Shown here one piece after another: positions 12,960-24,099 of a stretch of 64,000 nt of DNA. The stretch lies in NCBI GenBank assembly GCA_964187785.1, contig OZ076414.1, positions 33,108,001 to 33,172,000 of the forward strand. The letters run 5' to 3'. Numbering within the stretch: position 1 is the first letter of the stretch; each line of letters begins with the position of its first letter. The notes beneath the pieces were generated by a model. The model was not told where the DNA came from and did not search any database. It saw nothing but the letters and a program-made list of their open reading frames with translations. Origin of the DNA: Amphiscolops sp. MND2022. Its lineage: Eukaryota. The position numbers and the translations under genes were made by a program.

Positions 12960-15632
12960 TACAAAAGCTTCATCTTGGTCACTTTTTAATAGAAAATCCA
13001 ACATTTGACTCCATTAGCTTCCATTCCGTTACCAATGCACCACCTTCTTAATGGAAGAATATCTTCTTCCAAGTCCAATCGACTGATAGAATATCTTTTC
13101 AAGTCATCTGAAAACAAATTACAGAGACCGATGAACAATTCAGGAATGTCGTTGACATGAATAACGAATAGAAGCGGGCCTAAGATTGATCCCTGGGAGA
13201 CACCACTTGTTACATTGGCTGCATCTGAGTATTGCCCATTAATTCTAACGCATTGCTTTCGGTCTTGTAAAGAGCTCTTGAGTATTTCGAATAGTGTTCC
13301 CTGAATACCTAATCTCCAAAGTTTTTGCAGGAGAAATCGGAGAGATACTTTGTCAAACGCTTTTTCAAAATCAACATACACTGCGCTCACAAAATGGTTG
13401 CTGCTTTCGTCTTTGGCTTTCTATATATAATCAAGATGAATAAGTAACTGAGTCACCGTGGACTTTTTCTTACAAAAACTAAACTGATGTTTACTTATTT
13501 TATTGCAGAAATGGTCAAATAGGTCAATATAAATTACTTTGTTGTACACTTTTGAAACACAAGCAAGTAGAGCAAGTGGTCGATACATTTCAACATCTGA
13601 CTTGTCATCGTCTTTGAATATATTCGATATCAATGCTCTTTTCCATTTTGCAGAGAGAAAATTTCTTACAGGTAAAAGTCTTCAATAGCAAGAAAATAGA
13701 TGGAGCAAGCCGCTCACCCAATTTATTCAGGAAATTATTTAGAGCCCCATCTTCGCCACATGCTTTTTGCACATTCAAGCTCCTAAGAATAGATTTAACA
13801 TCGTCTAGTGTGAAGTTGACTCTGGTGGAGATACTTTCGGAGATAGACCCTTGCGGTAGAAAAAAACTCTTCATTAGCATTGTAAATACCGAAAACGAAA
13901 TTGCTGAACGTTCTTGTTTTGTCAGAATCTGTCCCTGCAGTAATACTTTGGTAGTGCATAGTTGCAGGAAGACTATGAGGGCTTTTAATCACTTTGAAGT
14001 GCTTGTAGATTTTGTCAAACGCCCCACAAGAAAACACCGAACTTTCGAATAGACTAAGATTTTTTTGACAGCTCAAGTGCTGCAGCAGTTAATTTAGATA
14101 TTTTAAAGAATCTTTTTGCATCAAGTCACATTAATTGTTTTCTCTCTAAAGATTTGACAATCCGTAGTATTCTAGAGGTTCTAGATGTAATCCATGGAGG
14201 AAGACTTGTCCGATGCTCAGTTTTTCTTTGAATTGAAAATCCCGCTGATACTCTCTTTCAAAATTTGTTGAAAATCATCTGCAATAAAAACGTCTATTAC
14301 GTGGGACTCAAACCTAACTGTTGAAGAAAAGGTGTCCCAGTTTGTTAGGGCAAAGTTTATGTCCCCTGTGATTAATGTCTTACCATAGAAGAAAAAGTGT
14401 TTTTTTAATTCGTCCATCAGAGACAGAAACCTGTCTATTGTCCACCTATATGGGCTATTTTCTGGCGGACAGTAAATACAAACAACCAATAATAATTTTG
14501 AGTTGACATCGATCCTGGTGCTCACGCAGTCAGATTTGTGATTGCCAGATAATACAATTTGTCTTGATGAAATGCCTTTCCTTACCCCAATAAGGACTCA
14601 ACCATAACTTGTGCAATCTTTTGATTTATTAGCTTGGTTGGTTGATTTAGCTGGTCTGTTTCCACGGTAAATATAAAAATCAGGTAAGAATAGAGCTGTT
14701 GAAGGGATAGAATCGGTCAACTAGGTTTCAGATAGACACACTATATCAATTTCCTATAATGCAAACACATTGGCCAAAACTTGACGTCTTTTCAGTTCAA
14801 GAATGCTTCGAACATTGTATGTTAAAACGTACATTGTTGACTTTCTGTTGCTTAGTCAATCGGATTTGAAGGCTGAGTCGGCAGCTTGCCCGGACACAGT
14901 GCACCATACATTGCCTTTGAATTATTGGAGTTCAAGGTTGCGGATACTAGTATCTTTAGCATCTTGGGATACCGTCCAAAATCATATTTCTACGAAGCTT
15001 GAGACATTTTCTTTCTTTTGATGCGTCCTCAACAGATATTTCTGGTCTTAGGTAGATAGGATGTTCAAATTGAGAAAAATCCTTGAGTTTGCGTGCTGAT
15101 TTTAAACGTAGGTCTTTATCCACTGCATCCTCCAGAGAGAACAATATTGTCCGCGGACGAGGTTTGCCATTCAATTGGCTCCTTTCATCGTAAGGACCAA
15201 TACATGTGACCTTTGTTAACTTGCCATTGGTTTTCCAAGAATTGACGAACAGACTTTAAGAGTTAATGTCCGTTTTCAATCTTTCATTTGATGTACTTTC
15301 CATGGCTTCGGGATGCCCCTATTTCGAATCCCCAGTAGGTCATTTCGTTTTGTTTTGAATTGGTACGGTAATAATTTTTCCAGGCTTCACTGAGCACAGT
15401 GCTGCTTCCGTGTAATTTTTTGGTTGATATCTATTCAGGAATCATTTTCTTCTTGAATTTCCTTTACTACATGAAGAGATTCAATAACATTTTCGTTATA
15501 TTGCGTGAGCGATTCGTCGAGGGAGTTTAGATCCGATATCTGTTTCTGCTGTTCAGGTGTAAGAATACAAACATCATCCTCACTTTCATTAGAACAATCA
15601 TTGCAAACGTGTAACAATTTTCTACTTTGCTT
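12960..15632 (-). mobile_element. Decayed CR1/L2-type LINE (ORF1 remnant, AP endonuclease, reverse transcriptase)
   Basis: ORF1-like RPRTILFSLE...IYLRPEISVED (14956-15174); APE CIYCPP...ITGDINF (14217-14525); RT YRPLALLACVSKV, AVYVDFEKAFDKV, GVSQGSILGPLLFVIHVNDIP...FSDDLK (12986-13633). Many stops and frameshifts. Confidence 0.88.
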
Positions 15633-16910
15633 ACTGATCGTCGTGCGAACACCAGAGCGTTTTCCATAGACGCGTGATGAAAACTTCACTGCTCTCGGCT
15701 AAAGAACTTTGTACTGCCAAAGACATCGGTTGAGAAGTGTATCCATTGTCTTTCATTTCGCGATACTTACTTCTTCTCAATTTTACGCGCCTCAGCCTCG
15801 GTGGCGGTGGTTTCCGTGTTGCATAACGAGCCTTGATTCGACTGGGTGCAAGAGGATCCACAACCATGACATCCCACACCGGCTGTTTACCCATTTCCCA
15901 AGGAATCATGTTACCATCGTCAGGGCGGCTTTTGCCATCGAATCGGTACAGTCCACGCGGTTCGAGCATTGAAGGCAAGTCGAGCAATCCCAACGTCTGC
16001 TTTATGAGAGAAATGAGATTAGCATGACGTGAGAAGCAGCCAGCACTCTCGGTGCAAGAAAAACCGTGTTAAACGTCCCGTTCAACTTTTTTTCACCACA
16101 GTGGCACGTATGCGCAACGCAAATGTTGGCTCCGAGACGTAAACCAGTTCAAATCCGAAGTTGCTGATAATCAAGTTTCCGGCCCAGGGTCTTACAGGAA
16201 ACGACGTTCAGCCATTGAGACCCGAATTTGCCTTGATGAGCGTTGAAAACGTTTGAACGTTTGTCATTCATTCTAGAAATAAATTCTTGGGTGGTTTTGA
16301 CGAAAACAGGTTGTGTCCAGTTTTTCTGGGTTCTATCGAGAGGACTTTCGTGCTGATTCGTCAAACTCAACCATTTCTGAAGCGCTTTTGTAAATGAAAC
16401 ATCTTCGAATGTTTCCGAGCAATTGTCGTAACAAAGTCACTCGCCCCAGAAGCTGAGGCCAAAAAGGCGGGAAGTGCTGATAATGATGCGGATGACACCC
16501 CAAAACATCCCATTTCAGCGGGAAGAGCCAGCTGATTACTCGAAAAATTGTCGAAGTTCCTCGCTACACACTTTGGAAAACCCGTCTCGTGCGGTTTTGT
16601 TATACTTTTCCAAGAGAACTGGGTGATTAAAACATGTACTGCTTCTCAGGAAGTACAACAACTTTGGCAGACTGAAGCAATTTTTCAACATAAAAAAACC
16701 GTAGTGCGCATCTAGCGTTTCAACATTTCCATTAACTTTTTCCAGTTCATTGATTTCCTTTTCCAATAAGTCTGCTTGTGGTTTGGTGCCGAGCGGTGAA
16801 CCAAGAATGATAAGTTCATCTTTCGTTGGTGTTTTGATCCCGAGGCATAGTTTTTGGAAAGATGCTAAACAAACAACACTATATGTGAAAAAATTCTTCG
16901 GAAGCATCTC
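15633..16910 (-). mobile_element. CRE-clade non-LTR retrotransposon fragment (RT thumb, Zn knuckle, restriction-like endonuclease)
   Basis: ELIILGSPLG...GFFMLKNCFSLPKLLYFLRSS (16536-16907); RLGANICVAHTCHCG knuckle (~16090-16140); RPD..MIPWEMGKQPVWDVMVVDPLAPS (15631-15993). Truncated at both ends and frameshifted. Confidence 0.75.
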
Positions 16911-17329
16911 TGTCGCTCAATGGTCCTATAGAAACCTCTATTTGTACAAACGGAGTCATAAAAACATTTATTTCATACAATGATCCTCTAAAATAAAATG
17001 TTACTTTGAAAAAACATGGGGAATTTCCATTTCGTTGGACACGTATTTATTTAGCGAGCATGGTATGAAGCAATGGGTTAAACTGGTTTCGGCCAATCAA
17101 ATTTGAGCATTCAAAATACAATAACGTAGTCAGCTATGTTCACATACTCCTAGTGCTCTAAATGCAGGAGCTTAGCGAAGCGGAGTGATGTGCCATGTGG
17201 ACATGCCTCAATTTTGATACTTGGCGAAGGAACCAAAGGGACCGAGCAAAACTACAAAAATGCTTGTCGCCACAATATATAATCGAATGTAGATAATAAT
17301 TGAAATAGAACTCTTTCGACGCATTCAAT

Positions 17330-20300
17330 AGCTTTTCAATTGTCGACGATTTGAATGTTCGACGAATTGAAGTCCCACCTCTCCATCCCACCTCCAGTCC
17401 AAACTGGTCGTACTAGATCGCGGAGGACAACAGAATCGAATGTAGTCCCCAAGTATCGCAGGGGGTCGTTTTTCTATTCGGGACCGTGGGGTTTCAATTG
17501 TAACAGTTGGTGTCTCTGGGGGCCTTGTGTATGCTGAGCATCGGTCAGAACTTGACGCTTTGTTTCCGGTTGCGGTGTTCGCGGCTTTGCTGTAGGTGGA
17601 TCTTGTGCCTCTTCTCATGGGTTTGTCCTCTGATTCGCCGGAGACAGATTCTCAATGTTGTTGGTAGTTTTCGAAGGCTGGATTGTGAGTGTTGTACAAG
17701 GTATGCGGTTGAAAACAATCTTGTCGAGCTTCTGTAGAAAGTTCCGATTCAGGAGAGTAACCATCTATCCACGATCCATCCACTCTGACAGCGTACTGGT
17801 CGAACCGTTTCACCTCGGTCACTAGAACGGTTCGAGCCCATCGCAGTGGATTGTTACCTGTCTAGTGTTGGATGAGGACCCGGTCGCCAACTTTGAGGGG
17901 TTGCAACCGTACCGTGTGTTTGGTGAGACGTTCAGCAATTCCGATACTTCTAGCACGCATTGTCTCTTCCCTGGGGTTGCAAGTCTTTTATTTTAAAGTC
18001 AATTGGGCTAATTTTTTATTCGAGTCATTTGGCTAAAAGGTTTGGCTTCAGCCAACTCCACTCCAACTCACGGAATAAATAGGTCATTTTACGGAAATAT
18101 CATAATGTGAGGCATATGCGGTGTATGCACGCTCGCCTCACAGTCGCAAAGGCCAGCCCCCACTATGATTGCTTCGCGACCTCCGTTCCCGCTATGTTTT
18201 TGCTCCTGTTCGCAGGGTGGCACTAGACGAAATGGGGACATACCCGAGGGTTGCTTGATATGGCATGTTATAATAATACGCTGACTACGTTACAAGAAAT
18301 TCAATAAAGTCTGCGACGCGTTTTCAACTCAATGATTTTAAGCCAGATGATTTTAGGCCAAGTGACCAGTCCGCGAGAAAATTGGCTTTAAAAAATTAAG
18401 TCAGGTGACCAGTTGTTATAATCCAAATGACTTTAGGCCAATTGAATTCACTCCAAATGACCATAACTATTTCCTGGCCCGCGATGATTCTATCCAAGTG
18501 TAGTGGGGTCTGTACGAATTGGGCAGAATGAGAATGAAGTCCTTTATGGTTCATCCAAAGATCATCCGTGCAGGGGATAAGCTGGTATCGCAGTCAGCGG
18601 TGTTGCGGTATTGAAGGTTTTGAAGCATGCCGCTTTGAAATTTGTCGAGCTTGACCTCGCTGTTCAGGCCAGTGTTGTCCATAAGCATGCGCTTGCAGGT
18701 CTTGACCTCGAGCTCGGCGCGACCGTTTGAATGAGCAAGCGCCACAGATGAGAGGCGACAATGAACACATCACTTTGATACTGTTGTTGTGTCGCCTCGG
18801 CCGTAAATTCAGGTCTGCCATCTCAAGATAGTTCGTCTGCAATGCCGCTTGTGACGAACATTTTGAAAGTCATTATTACAAGACCTGGAGAACCATCTCA
18901 TGATTGCTGCACAATCGGCCACCCAGAGTAGCGGTCCACAACCACCACGTAAGTGCATCCATTGTGTTCGAATTTATCCACACAGATGCACTGGTATGGG
19001 TAAACTGGTTCTTGTGCCGCAGGCAGAAGGCCAAGCAGCTGATTGGCTGCACGCTTGTTGCATGTCCGGCACCGGGCCCTCATGTTTGCAATCGCCGGCA
19101 CAATTCCCGGCCAAAAGACACTAGATTTCGCCCTATACGTCATGCAGGAGGCACCTGGATGAGCGGAATGCCGTGTGTCTAGGATCAGTGCTCGTAGTAG
19201 CGATGAGATAACTGTCCTGATGGTGTATAAAATCACTCCATCTACTCTGCTGAGTCTATCCTTGAATGAGAAGAATTCCCGTTTACCCGGGGCATTATTC
19301 AATCGTGTGGTAATGCCCTGGAACCATCTTCGGTCTTTTTTTTTTGGAGATTTTGTAGATTGTCATTGCGTAAGACCTGTTCTCGGACCTCGGCCCATGT
19401 AACGGCGCGGACGTCGCCGAAATTGATTGCTGCAGCATCGGCAAGCTTTTTTTCCAGATTAGCTGATGTGTCGAGCTCCCACGTCAATACAAGCGGCTCC
19501 TCCAAATCGCTATTCAGGAAAAGTTGTTTTGCATCACCAGTGGGTTTCCGCGAGTTTGCATCCGGCGCCTCTTGTTTCTGTCCGGGTATATGGATGAAGA
19601 AGGGGTTTGACAGCGTTTTTTCCTTAAGTGATAGTAGTCTTTCATTCTTGACAACGCCGAGGTGCCGGTTGTTGGGGGACCGGTTGTCGCCGAGGTGCCA
19701 CCTTGAGTGGCAACTTGTGGTCAGTAGCTAATACCAAACTGTCGCAACCGAGTACGAATTGACGGGCAGACTCCAATCCGTAAAACACAACCAATGCTTC
19801 CCCTTCAACCGGAGCATATCTTGATTCTGCTTGGTGTGTGAACCTGCTACCCGCGAACACTACTTTTCATGCCGTTGAGCAACAGATAGGAGTGATGACC
19901 TCTTAGGTGCAGTACTTCTGCAAAAACCAGCAACCAATGCCTTTCCTGCACCAATCTGTGGCGAGACATGTGAAATGTTTAGAGTCGAATTTTCGGACAC
20001 CATCGATGATTTTGTCTAGTATAGCAGCCTTGGGTTGCTCAAAAACTTTTTGTAGCTGGTCATACCAATAGAACGTTGACAACGGCTTGAGATGCTCGCG
20101 AAAAGGTGCCATGTCGTTGCGGAAGGAATCGCAGTACGACACTCGGTTGATAAGACCAAACCAAAATCGGAAGTCAGTGATGTGTTGTGGTGTAGGAAAG
20201 TCGCGAATTGCGCGGATATGTTTGTCACTGGGCTGGATAATGGTCAGAGTAATGACGAAGCCGACAAACTCCACCGTGTCGGAGCCAAAAACAAACGTTT

Positions 20301-22726
20301 TGGGATTCTGTACAAATCCGTGTTGTCTGCAAATGTCTAGCCAGTGACATCTTTGAAAGAAGATTTCTGTGAGAGTGGGTTCCCTTAAGCATGTGTCATC
20401 GATCCATTTGGTTTTGCTGGCGAAGTCATTGACAATCTCGTGCAATTGTCTGATGTACCTGTCGTGTGACGCTGCGTAGCCCTGTGGACAAGTTTTGTAT
20501 CGGTACCGACCCCATGGAGTGATGAAAATAGTGATGTGGCGGTCTTGTTCTTTGAGTGGCACTGTGCATCGGTAATCGACTTCTTGGTCCCTGAAGGGAT
20601 TGATAAAACGGGATTGGGTGTTGTGTGTTTCACGGACAGCATGTTTGTTGCGTACCTGCATGCCCACAGTGCGTCGTGGCTTGCTGTCTTTTTCTTCTAA
20701 GCCGTGACCATTCGATGGCACCAGGTAATCAGTTCTCCCAGTGGGACAGCCTCCACGACCATGAGTTTGACTTCTTTGTCAATAAACGTCTTCACTTCCT
20801 GTTACCAGTGTAGAGGGACTGAAATGGGTTTGTGGACTGAGATCAACTTGGCCTCGGGGTCGACGTGGAGTTCCAACGGCGAGCTCTCCATTCGAGTGAG
20901 TGTTTGTCATTCGGAAATGTTAAAAAAAGCCGGACCGGTATTACGTCTAGTATCCAATTCTGTAGAGCGGATCCGTTGGCGTCAGTTGCTGGTAAGGTAA
21001 ATCAGTTGGTATTGGTGGCAGCTTGGTGCGTATGGGACAGTGGGTTTTCGTTCTCCTCACCGGTTGGGGTTGCTGCAGCTGAACATGACTGACATGGGTT
21101 GCTGAGTGGCTGATCCGATGCGGGGGAAGTCGCTCGGGATAATTCTCAGTGTTGTACAGGCTTCTCGACTCAAGTATGCACCAGCTATCACGTCGGTCAA
21201 AAATTCATTGTTGTGATGTCTCTAGTACTTTGCCAGACCACGAATTTCCGGAGGGTCGTAGAATAATTGCCCCTAGAATTGGAATGACAACACAATTCAC
21301 TGCCCACATTTTTGTTTCCACGGGTATGGAATCACAATGCGGTGATTTTGATCCCAACTAGAATATTTTGACAACCAGTATTAGTTGTCATCGATATCGT
21401 GATCTGGCGTGCCCGTGTGTGAAGGCGTTACTCCAGCTCCTCCTAGTCTTTTGTGTGCGCGCGGGCGCTGAGATAGACTGTCGATTGCGATGGCGACCAT
21501 CGTGTGATCTAGCCGTTTCTGTTGTCGAAAAAGTTGTGGTCAAGGACAACAATTACGGTAAAGGTTTTATTAGAGGTGACCGTGAACGCTACCGAGATGT
21601 TGCCCATTTTCTGAAAGACAGTGCTGAATTCACCCACATCATTCGTCGTGCTTTCATCGATCATTTTCGGTTTAGACCTACGAACGTTGACGAAGTGGTG
21701 CTTTTTGTCACACTTTGAACAATTTTTGTCCCAGGCCTCACTCACATTTCTCCTTCCTAGCCTGTGTATCGCGGTCTTCACAATGGCCTGGTTTTCCCCT
21801 ATTTCGGCAATTGACATTGTGTTGATTTTCGTCCGCTTGTTTTTACGAGGATACTGTCAAAGTCTAGAGCGTTGCTTGTGGTCGTTTAACTGCTTCTTTG
21901 GCCTCTATAAACTTGATCGTATCCTCCAGGGTCATGTCTTGGTCGCTATGTCACAGTACTTCTTGCTGGATATCACTGTCGCCAAGTCGTGTAATGAGGG
22001 CGTCACGGACCATGTCGTCGGTGTAATTGACTGCTTCAGATGTGTTGTGATCTTGATCAGTTTTTTGACAATTTGCAGACCTTACCTTGACCTCGTACGC
22101 GAGCGGCAAAATTCCTAACTCCTTCTTCTTTGTCATCTGTACTTGCCATGAGAGTCAACCTGCTCACCATGTTGTTTCCAGCCTTCACGGCTAGAGTCTT
22201 GATTGCTGCCAGAGCATCTGTGTTGTTGCCGTGGCGTTATTGGAGTGAGAGCGGTCGGTGGGGGTCCTTGCGGACACTGTCTTCACAACATTCGAGGAGC
22301 TGTAAAGTGGCATCATGGTCAGCGATGCGTGTGGCTGTCTTGTAGGCGTCCCACCTAGTGGTGAACTACTCCCGGTTTTCATTCGTGCTCTCTTCAGACT
22401 CTTTTGGGCCGGCCAATTGGTCAGGTTTAGCCTGTTGACAGGCACCGGGGGCTTGTGAAAACCCGTGCGCCGTCACAAGTGCGATAGCGTGAGCAGCTTC
22501 AATATCCGCCGTAGCCTACTTACATCTTTCAATGAGGCAATTGAACACCACCATGGTTACCAGACACGTTCTCTGGTCTATTTTATGATTGTAGCACATC
22601 ATACGTGCTCACTTGATACGCAATGCTACCAGCGAAGATATACGAACGGGTTGAAGTACACGATACGTAGTACTTCAAAGACAGATGAAAAGGGAACGCT
22701 TGAAGCACACGATACGTGATACTACA
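17330..22726 (-). mobile_element. Decayed Ty3/Gypsy (Mag-like) LTR retrotransposon
   Basis: Gag remnants (~21500-22440, QLLECCED...); protease site mutated to NTGCQ (~21370); RT TFITPWGRYRYKTCPQGY...WIDDTC (19903-20721); RNase H ESRYAPVEGEAL...ATDHK (19642-19860); integrase HSAHPG...FWPG...CRTC, VVVDRYSGWP, SNGRAE (18551-19302); VGDRV...VRVDGS tail (~17700-17900). 5' LTR-like segment ~22563-22726 followed by TGGTAAC. Interrupted by a repeat at ~17990-18480. Confidence 0.88.
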
Positions 22727-23099
22727 TGGTGATTTTTATGAACAATAATGTTTTGGTTCCGGAACAGCTCAGGCTTCGTTTGGGAAAAACGTAGATGTTT
22801 CTTGTTCGTTTCCAGGATCTTTGTAAATTGCAAAAACTGCTCGTCTACTTTTTGAGAATAGAAGATCATATAGAAACCTCTATTTGCAGAAACATTGTCA
22901 TTGGAACATTCACTTCATACAATGATCCTCTGAAATAAACAGATACTTTAAAATACATCTATACCTTTCACGATCTGTTATAATAAAGTTGTGACAGTAG
23001 TTCCAGGGTTGCCGAACCAGCCTTGATCCAGACTACTGGGTGCTAGGGCATCGGCAACCGTGACCTGCCAGACCAACTGTTTACTCGGTGACCAAGTAT

Positions 23100-23915
23100 A
23101 AGATCCACGGAAAAGGACCTAAAGTTTCAAAAGGAATAATACCTAACGGAAAAAGATCCAAAACCGAAAAAGTAGTGGAGCAAGACCTAAAAAAGTGTGC
23201 ATTAAGACCTAAAATGCTGAATAAGATATGAAAAGGTTTTTTCTTTACGGGAAACAATGTTTGAAGTCAGAATGTATTACCAATTCTGCAGAAACAAATC
23301 TCCAGGACATGGAATTGTGGTAATTCACACAACTAAATTTTCACTTACAAACTTGTCAAACATTAAGCTAATTTCACCATAACGACTTTATGAAATCGTC
23401 AGATCCTAAATAGTTGTTTTTAGGGAAAATATTTTACCTTTCGTACTTTAGATTTTCAGTACTTTCCCCTCCTTCTGTGGAGCATATACGGTGTATGCAC
23501 ACTCGCCTTCACTGTCACAAAGACCAGATCCCAGTACAATCGATTGGCGATCTTCGTTCCCGCTAAGTCTTCGCTCCTGTTTGACCTCGCTTAGCAAGAT
23601 GGGAACATCAGCGGAATCAAGGGGTCGCGGGGGGCAATAGAGGAAATGGGGACAAATCTGAGGCACGTTTTATACTTTTGAAAACTTCAAGTAATATTCC
23701 CGAAAAAAAGTATTCTGTTCTCTCCTTGGGTTTCATTCTCATTTTAGGTCTTGTTTCCTTCCGTTATTTTGTCCTATTCCAACTTTTTTTATGTCTTGTT
23801 CCGATTTTTAGGTCTTTTTTCTGCTATTACGTCTTTTTCTTAGAAGCTGCGAAGAGTGTTAGGTCTTGTACCCATTTTCGATTTAGGTCTTAGTCCGTAG
23901 GTCTGTTTCCGTTCC
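23100..23915. mobile_element. Foldback-like element with AGACCT/AGGTCT subterminal motifs enclosing the ~190-bp core
   Basis: AAGACCTAAAA motifs on the left arm, TTTTAGGTCTT motifs on the right arm, core copy at ~23485-23675. Boundaries approximate. Confidence 0.5.
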
Positions 23916-24099
23916 CCCAATTTCCCATTTCCCAAAGAAACAGCACAACCAATTTAGATTTCGTCGGAGACAGTAGGTTTTGAAAATGTCTTTATTTCAC
24001 TCTAATTACCACATTTAGCTGTCAATGGAATATTTTTTTGATGGTTTTTCATTTACGTGTTTGTCATTAAACGTTTGATCGCGAACTTTACTTATCTAT

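Noticed and set aside
16915-22950. Direct repeats at ~16915-17030 and ~22866-22950 as LTRs of the Mag-like Gypsy
   Set aside because: They are short and diverged, lack TG..CA ends, and are not adjacent to the PBS or PPT; more likely a separate dispersed repeat.
23000-23060. SRP (7SL) RNA fragment
   Set aside because: Only short word matches (CCAGG.TTGCC, CCAG.CTACT.GG); the conserved S-domain helix 8 motif and Alu-domain 5' end are absent.
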